A stretch of DNA of 64,000 nucleotides from Moniliella sp. 'wahieum' (Eukaryota). Positions 27,988 to 39,376 of this stretch are shown piece by piece. Both the position numbers and the translations under genes were made by a program. Location: the NCBI GenBank assembly GCA_003971905.1, contig RSEE01000011.1, forward strand, positions 124,001 to 188,000, given 5' to 3'. Position 1 is the stretch's first letter, and every line of letters starts with the position of its first letter. Below the pieces are notes generated by a model. It was not told where the DNA came from. It did no database searches and saw only the letters and a program-made list of their open reading frames with translations.

Positions 27988-30900
27988 TCAACACTGGTTT
28001 AGACGCCGCATCGGCTGTCTTGCCCAGAACGGCAGATTGGGGAGCAGATTGGGGAGCCGCTTGGGGAGCAGATTGGGGGCTGTGGTCCTCTTTCCCTCGT
28101 CCAATTCCACCACAGGGGGCACAGTCTCGACCTTGGCAAACGCAGGCGGCTCCACCATCGTCTCCGTAGTGGTATCGGGGGAAATGTCGGTATCCTTGGT
28201 ATCCTTGGCAATGGCAGGATCAGCTGGGGGCATGCTGAGCGTGACATCCGGCTGGTTAGTAGTAGGGGCGGGGATGATCTTTGCATCCTTGGTCTCAGTC
28301 TGCGTCGTGGACCCTTCGGGTTGAGGCTGGGCACTGGCCATTGTAGCTGTGGGGGGGAGGGTCTCAGCAGCGTTTACCATGGGAGCCAATTTCAACTGCT
28401 CGGCTTCAAGGGGCGTAGCAACAGAGTCGTCCATAGCTTGCACGTCTTGGCCGATGGTCTTCTCGAGTTCAGCGGCCGTAAGGGTGGTGTCGGGGGTGGT
28501 CTTTTCCTCCAGTTCAACTGCTGGGAGGGCCACTCCCTCCTTTGCCTCGGGCACCGGCTTAAGTGTCTGGTCCAGAGGGGCATCGGGTCCCCTTGTAGTG
28601 GCGACCTCTGAGGCCTTGATACTTGCGTCCGCCTGAGGATGAGGCACCTGTTGAGCGGTTGCTTCCACAGACTCGGCGCCTCCAACAACAGTGGGGTCGG
28701 TCTTGGACGCGGGCGCAGTTTCTCCGACGAGAACGGATTCCTCATCTACCTTAGGCTCGTCAAGGATGGTCTTAACGTGCTCCGGGAGGTATCAGCCACT
28801 TTCACCTGGGGCTTGGAGACCAAAGGCTCTTGGTTTGTTAAAGAGGAAGGTGCCCCGCGCATTTCTTCCTTGAGGGGAAGGGCAGTCTCAACCTCGTTAA
28901 CTCCGGTAGATTCTTGAGCCTTCACAGTCACTGCAGGCCTGGGCAGTTCTTCTGTAGCCAGACTAGCCTCGCCCCTTTCCATCTCCTCGGCCGGGTGGGG
29001 CTGCAAACAGGATCAGTTGCGCCGGAAGGCAGCCCTTCCTGTCCCTCCTTCTCAGCCGTGGAGGGGAGGCCCACAGGTGTGGCAGCCTCCAGAGGAAGGG
29101 GATTGGCAACCTGAGCCTCCGCTTCCGGTTCCACAATCGCTGCAGCCGCCGCCCGGTCGTTGGGACTGGTTCGGACGGCTTGGGTTCCTCAAGAATAGGT
29201 GCTGGCGCGACTTCACCCAATGGCTCGGCAGTTCCCTCGGCAGAGAGGATGGCAGTTTTGCTTGCGTGCCCTCCTCCACTGCACTGGCCTCAACAGGTGG
29301 CTGCGCATCCCCAACTTCCTTGGTGGAAATGTTGGCCGTCGTCTGCTCAGGCTCCACTTCCGACGCGGACTCAAGCAGGTTTGAAGCCTTGGAGACCTCC
29401 GGTTCATCAACAGACTTGGACAGCGAAACAGGCTCGGGTTGCGGGGCGAGCTTGGGCGACTCCATTAGCTCAACCTTCTGGGCAGGTTCAGGCTGTTGAG
29501 CAAGTTCAGACTGTTGAGCAGGTTCAGGTTGCTGCAAAACCTTTGCTTGCGGAACAAGATCAGTCTGCTCGGCTTCCTTCACAGGTTCAGATGACTTATT
29601 GTGCTTGGATTGCTCAACGGGCTCGGCGATTTGTTCGCGTTTAGTCTGCTCGGTAGGCGCGGAGCTGGGCAGTCCTTCAGTCTTCAGTTCCTTGGTGGAA
29701 AGAGGCAGACCCGTACCCTTCGCTTCCGATGAGACTCAGGGGTCCCTGCAAGCCCTGCGGACTGGAACCGGGAAGCGGCAGTGGCCACGCGGGACGCGGT
29801 GGAAGCAGGCGGCGTGTACGCGGGGCTTGACTGGTCTTCAACTTGGCCAGATACGCATCACGAATTGCGGCAGGGGCACGAGCCAAAACAGATGGGAGAG
29901 CGCGTGGCTTAGCACGGGCTTGGTCTCGCTCTTGTCCGTAGGGTGGTCCAGGGGAGCCTCGGGCTTTGGGACGGCATGTTCAACGCGCTGAACCTCATGC
30001 GTGACTTTTGGCGCGACTGTGGTCGCGTCGGAGAGCTGAGCAGGTAGGGGTGCTTGAGGAGCGATCGTCTCCTCGGGCTCTTTAATTTGGGTGGGTTCAG
30101 TCGTTGCTTCCGCAGAGATAGGCTGAGAAGCAGGAGGTTCAGTCTCTGGTTTGGATGATTCCGATGCAACGCTCTCTTTTGTAGGTGTGGCCGCGCGCTC
30201 TGCACTTTGGGAGGCAATTTCGCCGGAGTCAGATTCAGTCTCAATGGGGCAGGCGCAGGGGCAGAAGACGGTGCGGCAGGAGGCATCTCCGTCGCGGCTT
30301 CGGTGACTTCTTCCATCTTCTCCTCACTCGCTTGCTTCGACTCTGCAACTGGCTTAGTAGGCGCAAACTCTTTGGCGGGTTGCGATCCAACAGGCTGTGA
30401 GGGAGCCGAAGTGACCTGTACTTCAGCGGTTGGGGTATCAAGGCCCTCCGGTTCCTCCAGAGTAGCATCCGTAGGGCCAGCTTGTTTCTCTCCAATCGGG
30501 TCCGGAACAATATAGGTTGATGTTTTCGGAACAGGAGTGTGGCCTCAAGTGTTTCCTTCCTGGCGGGCTCTTCCGTGGTGGTGGGCCCTTCCTTGGTGGT
30601 GGGCTCTTCCTTGATGGGGGCTCTTCCGCGGTGGTGGGTTCTGCGGTGGTGGAATCCGCCGGGGTGGTTGCCGTGGTGGGCTCCACCGTCGTGGTAGGTT
30701 CCACGGTGGCGGTGGGCTCTGCCGTCGTGGTAGGCTCCACCGTGGTGGTAGGCTCCACCGTGGTGGTAGGCTCCACCGTGGTGGTGGGATCCACCGTAGT
30801 GATGGGCTCCGCCTTGATGGCATCTTTTTGGGAGGGCTTCTCCTGGGACAGATCCTTCTGGGCTGGTTCCATCTTCATCTGTTCCTCATAAACATGTTCC

Positions 30901-32500
30901 TTCTCGAGAGGTTCGCCCTTGACTGGCTCCTTGTCAAGCAGCTCAAGGGGGGGCTTCTCACGGTTCACCACGGATACCTGCTTGGCAGATTCCTCCTCCT
31001 TTGCCGACTCATTCAATTCAACCTCTTCCTTAGGGGCAACGGGAACGGTCACGACCTCATCGCTCGTTTCGGGAGAGCTGTGCTGAGAAGTACCCGCGAG
31101 GACCGGACCAGAACTGGGGACCGGCTTCCGACCCGATGGGACACGCTGGAAGGAGGGGGCTGGATCGGGTTGCAACCGACGCGAGGAATGCTCATTGAGT
31201 AAGGATTGCAAGGGAACGGTAGGGACGTAAGTGCTCCTCTCAAGGAGAGGCGTCTGGCTTGTCTCCTCCGGAACAAAGATAAAGTCGCCCATACTTCCGA
31301 GAGGGAGACGTGCGGGATGCGGGTCAGCTCCGAAGCGAATTCCTCGTCCTTTTGAGGCGTTGGCTCAGGCGGCTGGGTTGCCTTGTCCTTACTTTCTTGG
31401 TAGAAGTGTGGGAACTGGTCTTGCGGTGATGAAGCCACGGCACGGGATCGATGACACCCGTCCGCTCTCCGATACAGGAGGAGGGCTACTCTGGAAGCTT
31501 GCCCGCTTTGATTTGAGATTGTCCGTGGCTTTATCATTGGCATTGGCCTTGCCATCACCGTGCGTATCAAACCCAAAATCCAGTGCAAGCTTGGAATCAT
31601 CCTTGTCGAAGTTGAACAACTTGCTCAATGACTCGTCACTCGGGCGTCTAGCTTCTGTGGTGTCCGGGCCTGAAAGACCGGGGGCGGCCACAGATGAGCT
31701 GGCCTGACCCGATGGCACCGCAGGGGAAGCAGGTTGAGAAAAGGTTGGGTGCCAATGACGGCGCCTACGGTCAAAGTCAGACTGGGATCATTCGTAGGGG
31801 GGGGGGGAACATACTGTTTTAAAAACGATTGGAGTTCAGATTGTTTGAGGGCCGTCTCAGTACGGAACGTATCCAGAGCTGGCTCGTGGAGGTTGAGGTC
31901 CGGCACAGCTCGCTGGGAGAAGAGGCTGGCAACAGTTGGAGTGTCTGGAACGGGGTGGGGATCTTCATCCTTCCCAGTGTCTTCTAAATCAAGTGAGGTA
32001 GAATGCCCTTTGGATGTGCTGTCACCAATGTCAAGCGAAGGGAGCTTAGGCGGTGCTTCCGACACAATGTGGGGAGGATTCCGTTGCATCAGGCTCCTCT
32101 TGGACAGCAGAGCCGATAGCTGATGACTCGAGGTCTTTGGTGGCATCTTGAGCGGGCGGCTCTTGCTGAGCGGCGGCTTTGTTCGCACGGCGGGTGGAAA
32201 AGAGGCGCTGGAAGCCGGCTGTGGCGGGCATACTGTGGCGCTTACGCTTGGAGTCCTGTGTCTGAGCACTGACGACGCTGTGTGGGTGGTTGACAGAGGG
32301 GGAGCCGGTCTTGCGGGCACTGGGCGGGCTGATCGAGGCGGAGCGGCGCAAGGCATTGAGCGGGTTGGGTGTGGTGCGGGCGCAGGCGGAGGCTCGTGCT
32401 CCGCAGGCGCTGGTGCAGCGGCTGCCGAGGCGGGCGGAGCGTGGGAGCGGCCCCAGAGGCGGCTGAATACCCATAACACGCGGCTTGGAGTCGGCACACA
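27988..32500 (-). CDS. Long low-complexity Glu/Pro/Thr/Ala-rich protein of unknown function
   Basis: About 4.5 kb of successive minus-strand ORF pieces with uniform acidic, Pro-rich composition and internal peptide repeats. No domain recognised; ends uncertain. Confidence 0.6.
30566..30810 (-). repeat. Coding minisatellite, mainly 18-bp units encoding VEPTTT
   Basis: Translation reads EPITTVDPTTTVEPTTTVEPTTTVEPTTTAEPTATVEPTTTVEPTT. The plus strand shows repeated GTGGTAGGCTCCACCGTG. Confidence 0.9.
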
Positions 32501-33499
32501 AGGTCAAGCACCCGGGGGTGTGCTCGGGGGTCATCCAGGGGGGCGACGGGCGACGGGCGCGGAGGGCGGTGGTGGCGCGTCGCAGTGGGCGCTGCCCATC
32601 GGCCCGCCCAGCAAGGCGCGGCTGCCAACTAAAACCAGTCCCTCGAGCTGGGATGAGGTGTTCTGTTCTGTGCCTGCTCCGCCACCAACATTATACGCCA
32701 CCCCTCCACCCCCGCACGGCGGCAGTGTGCTTGCCCGCCAGGCGCTGCCGTGTGTGGCGCGCGCGCACCCTGGACACTGGCGCAGTGCGGGGCATGTCTG
32801 CTACCTTGTGCCCGGTGGCGGGTGCTGGGTGCTGCTGTGCCTGCCTCTTCCTGCCTCTGCCAGCGGCGGCAGGCTGCGTTCCCGCATTGCTTTCCCATCG
32901 CCCTTGCCCACCACCACCGACCCATCCGGTCGCGCCCGCCTGCCGTCCTCGTCTGCATCGATGCGCGCTTGCGGCCTCAGGCCTTAGCGGAGGGGGCATA
33001 TCGACCAACATTCCATCAACGCAACAAACCCAAAGAGAGGGGGCAGCAAAAACGACATCCTCTGCGGCAGCACCTAAGCAAGTAATGTAGTGTAGTATAG
33101 CATAGGTCGGATGTCTCTTGTGCCCGTTGCTATTCATGGGCGCATGGCGCTCGTTACTTCTGGATGCAGGATGCGGAACGTTAATGCCGACGTGCGGTCC
33201 AGCATAATGCCGTTCTCAAAGTGGAAAGGCAAATTGTCAGAGCGCCAGAACTTTCACGCTGTTTTGGCCAACGTGGTTGTCGCAAGCGTGAGTGAACCCA
33301 GACCGTATCGTTCCGATCTACCTCCTGGCCGAGAAGTGGCACACATGCTCCGTTAGTCCAGGGCTGCACTCAAACACAACTAGCAACGCCTGTTCGGCAC
33401 GGCCGTCGCTCTCTTCGATAGCAGGCAAGTCAAAGTGATCCAAACATTGGACTAGGTCGGCATTGCCTTGCGAGAGTCAAGAAGTCAAGAGGTGCTTGG

Positions 33500-34480
33500 T
33501 GCCGATCTGAACGGACAGCTCGCAACCCTTGAGGATTTCCAAGCATAATTTGTGCGTTATACTCACCTCCAGCACCAAGTGGCGTTTGGGAGGGGGCCGG
33601 AACTACGTGTCCCGCCATGTTTCCGGAGGGAGACCCAAGAGTTGCGGAGAGCCATATTGACCCGAGTGAGAGTATCGACATCATATATACCCTCCAAAAA
33701 TGGGAGATTCTGCTCAGTCTTGGGGGTTAATAACAATGTAAACACTGGGGGGTGCACATCGCTGGAAGGTAACAGCGTTACTCAATAAAAGGAGTGACTT
33801 CGAGGGAGTGACTGACGTACGGGATGGCATCATGGCGGAGGAGCCATAAAGGGGTAAAGCGAATCTCGTCTGCCTCCTCGTCCATACCAGCCCCTCGGGT
33901 AGGACCTGGAGGCTTCCAAGAGTGATGGCGGTATGGACGCGAACAGCAGCCTCTTTGTCGAAGGTCCGCTCCTTCAGAAGCGATTTGCGCTGATCAAACA
34001 TATCGTCGTCGTCGATTGAACCCACGTCCATGACGAGGAGGGAAACGAGCTCACCGCAAGGAAATGCACATTCTTGTCCTTGGCCTCAAATCCCCGTATA
34101 CGATGTTTGAGAGCTTCTCCACAAAGCGTTCGGCGGGTGTTTCATCATCATGGTCCCCTCATCCACGGGGCGAAAGGGGTCCTCTGGACATAAGCCGAAT
34201 AGAATGACGCAAATTGGATACAACACTCTGCAGTCGCCTCGCGGTGCTTATTACCAAGCATGCGCTTCAGATGTTCTCAAAGGCTTCAATAAAAGTCTTT
34301 CCCCCTCACCAAGCCGGAGCGCTTCCCTACATTTTGGGAGCTGGGTGTGCGCTGATGGTGGATGGCACTGAGGGCGGCATGGGTTTCTGGTGGACGACAC
34401 CTGAATGGTGTGCTTGGGCAAATACGGCGGGTACTGCACAAGGTAAGAGTGGAGTACGTCGGCATCAGATGGTGGAACAC
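33500..34480 (-). pseudogene. YCG1: Degenerate 5' fragment of condensin subunit Ycg1/CAP-G
   Basis: Minus-strand pieces VPAVFAQAHHS..HQK, GEKTFIEAFE, RFVEKL..RGFEAKDKNV, IDDDDMFD..LLKERTFDKEAAVRV..LGSLQ and DVDTLTR match the CAP-G N-terminal HEAT region. Similarity stops after about 300 codons and conserved residues are substituted. Confidence 0.7.
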
Positions 34481-35315
34481 TCGTCCGCCTATGGCGTGTA
34501 CGAAGTAAGTAACGGCATGGGGCAGATAATAGAGGCAACACAACGTTGGCACCTCCTCATGCCATGCAATGTTGACCACCCTGGTCCTGCCCCGCAATCC
34601 CGCGCAGCGTCACGTGACATTGGAGGATTTCTCTGTGGTTGGGTTTGTTTCAAAACAAGCGAAGTACCGAGTGAGAAATTAGGGCTCGCCACCGGCTACT
34701 AAGTACACTCGAACAACAGCAGTACGTCAGTAATCATTACCCTTTTCGGTGATCAATTAAAGCTACGGGGTCTTGTGCTCGTTCGGACATGAGGAGCATG
34801 AGGCTGGAAGGGAACTCCTCGGCCCGGACATCTGCTCTGTGCAGGACAAGAGATCAGGGCGCTTGCCTAAGCGTGTACATATCATGGGGACCCAACCCGA
34901 ACGGAACGCAATTGCGTCCTCCTATCGCCGCTGCGGCGTAGTATATCCTCGTTCAAAGAAAAGTCGACGGCTGAGCGCTGACTTGGCTTCTGTGGGCATC
35001 CGGCCTCAGGCGTCAAAAGCTTCAAGCCTCAATGAGCGTGTCGGGAACCGATCGAGGCAAGGCCGAAGTCCGCGGGGCTGGAGGTGGGGGCCTACTTGCC
35101 CCAAACAATACTATACACGCTAATGCGTATACTGGATCTTTCGCTAAGTGCGTCGAGTACGTCACTACTTATTCCTGCCGGGTATATAATAGGGAGACGC
35201 CAACACAGATTGTCTCGCACGCTCGCATCTTATCCCCCACTCCCTTCACTTCCATCATCATCGCACCCCTTCGTCCCGGGGCCTCACCCAGCCACCACAG
35301 CACCGAGTTGCCAAA

Positions 35316-36955
35316 ATGACTGGCACGTCTGAAGATTTAGACAACTTGAGCCCCACGAGTCGCTCAGCCGCCTCACCCAGCAAGCTCACCCGCCATCATT
35401 CAGGCGCATCTCTCTTCGTTCCTGACCATGCCATCGGGGGAAAAGATGGGGCGGGTGCACCCATGACGGCCGAACAGCTTGCCAAGGAGCTCAATCAGGA
35501 GCAAGATGATATGGCCAGCTCCATGTCAAGCCTGCACGAGGTCGTCTTTATCTTTGTTATCCTCATGTCCCAGCTCACTACCCTGGGCTCACCATGTCCC
35601 TTTTCCCGCTTCACTCCATCTCGAGCAGCTTTGGATTAACCAACCCGGGGGTGCAGAGCTGGTTGATCGCCGGTTACTCTCTTACGTCGGGTACCTTTTC
35701 CTTATCTTTGGCCGCTGGGGAGACTTTTTGGGTACCGCATCATGATCATGAGTGGGTATGCATGGTTTGCCCTATGGAGTTTGGTCGCCGGGGTCGCGGT
35801 TACTACTCAACTATATTCTCTATGTCTTTGCCCGAGTCCTGGCCGGGTTCGGTCCAGCCATGTTGCTCCCGAATGGAGTGGCAATTGTAGGCGCCACCTA
35901 CGGCGCACCTCAGCACCTCAACAAGTTGCGTCTGTTCTTATCCCTGTTTGGGGCCGTCGCACCCATGGGGGGCTGCCTAGGCGGAATCTTTTCCAGCGTC
36001 ATCTCCCAGTTGGCGTGGTGGCCTGGGGCGTTTATGTCATGGCCATGTTTCTCACCGGTCTCCACTACTTTCGGCCTTGGTCATCCCATCGGTCCATTCT
36101 CCATCAGAGACGATGAGCTGGCTCTCATCCTTAAAGCGCTCGACATTCCCGGTTCCGTGTTGGGTGTGACAGGCATGGTGCTGGTCAATTTTGGGTTTAA
36201 TCAGGCGCCCGTGGTGGGATGGCAGATGGCCTACGTTTATGTGCTGCTCATCATTGGCATCCTCTTTCTTGCCGCGTTCGCCGTCTGGGAATGCGGTGGG
36301 CAAGTCATCCATTGATCCCGTTCCATGCACTCAATGTCGACACGGGCTTTGTGTTGGGCTGCATTGCGGCTGGCTGGTCGGCGTTCGGCGTGTGGATCTA
36401 CTACCTGGTCCAGTTCTTCCAACCATGCGAGGGGTCTCCATGATCATGAGTGGTATCATGTTCCTCCCTGCTCCCCTTAGCGGGTTGATCGCTGCCATTC
36501 TCACACCTGTGGGGCTCCATTATTTAGGTCCCCATCGAGTTATGCTCATCTCCATGAGTGCCTTCAGCCTAGGAACACTTCTTCTTACCATTGCTGGAAC
36601 CCACCAATCCTACTGGGGGCTTACCTTTGTCTCGGTACTCATCCAACCTCTCGGAATGGACTGCTCCTTCCCTGCTGCAACGATCATCATGTCCCAAGCG
36701 GTGCCGAGGGAGCACCAAGGTGTGGCGAGTCTCGTTACCACTGTGGTAAACTACTCCATCCATTGCCTTGCCCTTGGTCTAGCCGGCACGGTGGAATCCC
36801 ATGTCAACCATGGAGGACTGACCAAGGCGGATCGTCTGGGGCATTCGAGGAGCCTGTTACTTTGGCCTGGGCATGGCTGTGCTGGGACTCGTCCTATCAA
36901 TGGTGTTCAACGGGGTCAAGTACCACCACAGCCACAGAAACAAAGAGAAGGATGA
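35316..36955 (+). CDS. MFS drug:H+ antiporter, Atr1 (aminotriazole resistance)-like
   Basis: HEVVFIFVILMSQL, SWLIAGYSLTSGTF, LIFGRWGD, ARVLAGFGPAMLLPNGVAIVG, FGAVAPMG, SYWGLTFVSVLIQPLGMDCSFPAATIIMS, EHQGVASLVTTVVNYSI. Confidence 0.88.
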
Positions 36956-37606
36956 TAGCGCCGCATTGTCCGACCCGAAGCCGGCCTGACACTGTTGACC
37001 CTTTACTGCATTAATACTGCATTTCTCCCTCTTAGTATAGGGGAAAAAACGACCCCCGCATCACTACTACTACAGTATATCATCGTTATACTGTGACTGT
37101 TACAGATCCTACTGTCTTCCTGTTCGATGCGCGAGAAACATGCCAGCTAATCACCTGTAAGGTAAATGAATCTCATCTCTTCACACCATCCATAATCTAC
37201 AACCATCTCCCCATCGTTTTTGCACCACCATCTGCGCCCATAGTTACATCTCAATCTCGTGAACAGCCGAAGGCTCTCAATTTGCTCAGCAGAAAGAGGA
37301 TAGATGATCATATTACCAGCCTATGCCACCAGTGCCACCCACGTGCCCTCATCCCCATCATACATCACCATCCTGAAGATGCGTATCAAAACCCCCACAT
37401 CACGGCTGCGGACTTTGTCTAATAAATTTCCATGTTCTGCGTCTTAGGGTTAAAGCACGTTGCTTTCCTATGGGGCATATATAAACTTCCTTTAGTGTTT
37501 TCCCAGAATCGGCGCGCGTAGCATTCATCTATTTGCCGGTATAGTACCTCCACTTGGAAATATCCAGAGTGAAGGCAGAGCCAGGAGGAAATAGTGAGGA
37601 AAAGAG

Positions 37607-37678
37607 AGGCTCGAATGGGAATCGAACCCATGACATCGCCGATAGGTCAGGGACGCGTTACCACTACGCTATCGAGCC
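37607..37678 (-). tRNA. tRNA-like gene, isotype undetermined (aberrant anticodon arm)
   Basis: Minus strand reads GGCTCGA TA GCGT AGTGGTA ACGC G TCCCTGACCTATCGGCG ATGTC ATGGG TTCGATT CCCAT TCGAGCC T. Acceptor, D and T stems pair perfectly, A and B boxes are present, length is 72 nt and a TTTT terminator follows. The anticodon stem does not pair. Confidence 0.8.
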
Positions 37679-38680
37679 GCGATAGGAGCTGTAGGATCAC
37701 AGAGTCTCCGCTGCGAAAGCACAAACCAAAAGGGTCGAAGGCGAACAAGGCAGACATCTCCTCCACTATTACTGTAGGTTGCATGCTGGCTACTAGTATA
37801 TCAACGCCACTGGCGTTCCAGTGCTCGACTACATACCCAAGAGAGAGAGTTTTGTCTTCGTCGCTGGTGGTTCATACACCTGCTTCACAGTTGATGCGGC
37901 ATTCGTATTGAGATCTCATCCTCGTTTGGGTAGCATCCAAAACAGATGCTTGGGATGGGCGAATGGTCCGCGTAATGGGCCTACGCCGTCTCGCGCCTCT
38001 TGAAGGTATGCTGAAGGAGCAGCACCCACAGCAGCCTGGCGGCGTTGAGCAATCACTTGCGCCAGTGTTTCGGCATCGCGCTGCTCTGTGCTCGCTTGTC
38101 CCGGACGCAAATTGAGGTTGCTATGGCCCTTTGGAGGGGTTTTCAATGCGTACTCCACCAGGACATGCTTGAGATGCGCAACATGCCTAATAGTACCGAT
38201 TCAAACCAAGATTTGGTTGATGAAGATGGCTTTTGGAGGTAACATATCCTGTCAGGCAATGCGTGCATGGTTAGCCTCGAGCAACCAATGAATCGCCAAC
38301 TGTTTTGCTGAGGGGGCGTACCGCACGTTATTTTGGCCCTGATATCAGCCAAGCATTGAGCGATCAGATTCGGCGCATCGGGGGCGAGGCAATTGCACCA
38401 TCTTGTTTCCTTTTTGCCATGGAGTTAAGGCGAAACCAGGGGTCAGGCAGTGTTGGATTACTTCTTTGCGCAAGAGGACGTGAATAATGTCGTGGCTGGT
38501 GGAGTTGTGTCCATTTGCCCGTCGTGTTGCGACGCGTGCAACACGACTTGGAAAGGGGGGAAACTCTGCAAGGCATCAATAGTGGTGCCCTGGTATGAAG
38601 CTGGTCCTCGTCTGTTGTGTCTTGGCCCTTGCGTGCCCGGTGGATTCTTGACGCGCCTGTAGATGGACCTCAAGCGTAGC

Positions 38681-38702
38681 GGGGGGGGGGGGGGGGGGGG
38701 GG
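38681..38702. repeat. Poly(G) tract, 22 nt
   Basis: Directly visible homopolymer; length is unreliable in a long-read assembly. Confidence 0.9.
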
Positions 38703-39233
38703 TCCTTGGACAGCACACCTTGATGGAGTAGGGAGTCACCAACAGGTGGTGATGGTGTCTGTAGGAGAGTCCTTCGCTAGGTGAACAGGTGTTGCTAAGA
38801 GTAGTAAGAGATGGGGAAGATGGAGGGTGTCATTCAGAGGAGTCCTAGGCGGACTGGTAGATAGAAAGGGGAGAGCCGGTGTCAATAACAGAGTGGGTAC
38901 GTAAACCACATGCAACCATGGGGTTTATTCTACGTGATCACGCTGACAGGTGTGTCGGGAAGTGCGCTCGAACTGTCCGGTTGCCTAGTTCTCCGCTGGC
39001 ACGCTATGACCTTCTCAGCGCGTACTCATTCAACTTGTTACAGAGCTTATTTCGACAAGCGGGACGCGCGACAGGCGACGAGAGCGAGATGGTCGATGAT
39101 CGATGAACGGCCACTGGGTCACTACATGTTGCACTAGTTGCATGACAATATTTTCTTCGCGCGAGTGACCCTGCCCTCAGCGGCCTCGGTGGCCCCACGC
39201 CGCAGGACAGCACAGCATGCTGTGGCACCCAGG

Positions 39234-39376
39234 CAGCTGGGCTCCACCGTGATGTGGCACCTGACATTGAATATTGAGCACTGGGTAACTCGGCGCGCGC
39301 GGGACACACTCCAGCGGGGCTCCACAGTGATGTGGCGCCTGACATGTGACATTGAATATGGAGCACTGGGTAACTC
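39234..39376 (+). repeat. Direct repeat pair (about 58 and 65 bp) upstream of the retroelement ORF
   Basis: CAGC(T/G)GGGCTCCAC.GTGATGTGGC.CCTGACATTGAATAT.GAGCACTGGGTAACTC occurs at 39234-39291 and 39312-39376. Copy 2 has an extra TGACATG. Confidence 0.9.

Noticed and set aside
37830..38830. Possible degraded minus-strand gene between the tRNA and the retroelement
   Set aside because: Only short ORF pieces with no recognisable motif, so no call can be supported.
39234..39376. CRISPR-like repeat-spacer array
   Set aside because: Only two long imperfect copies, eukaryotic context and no cas genes.
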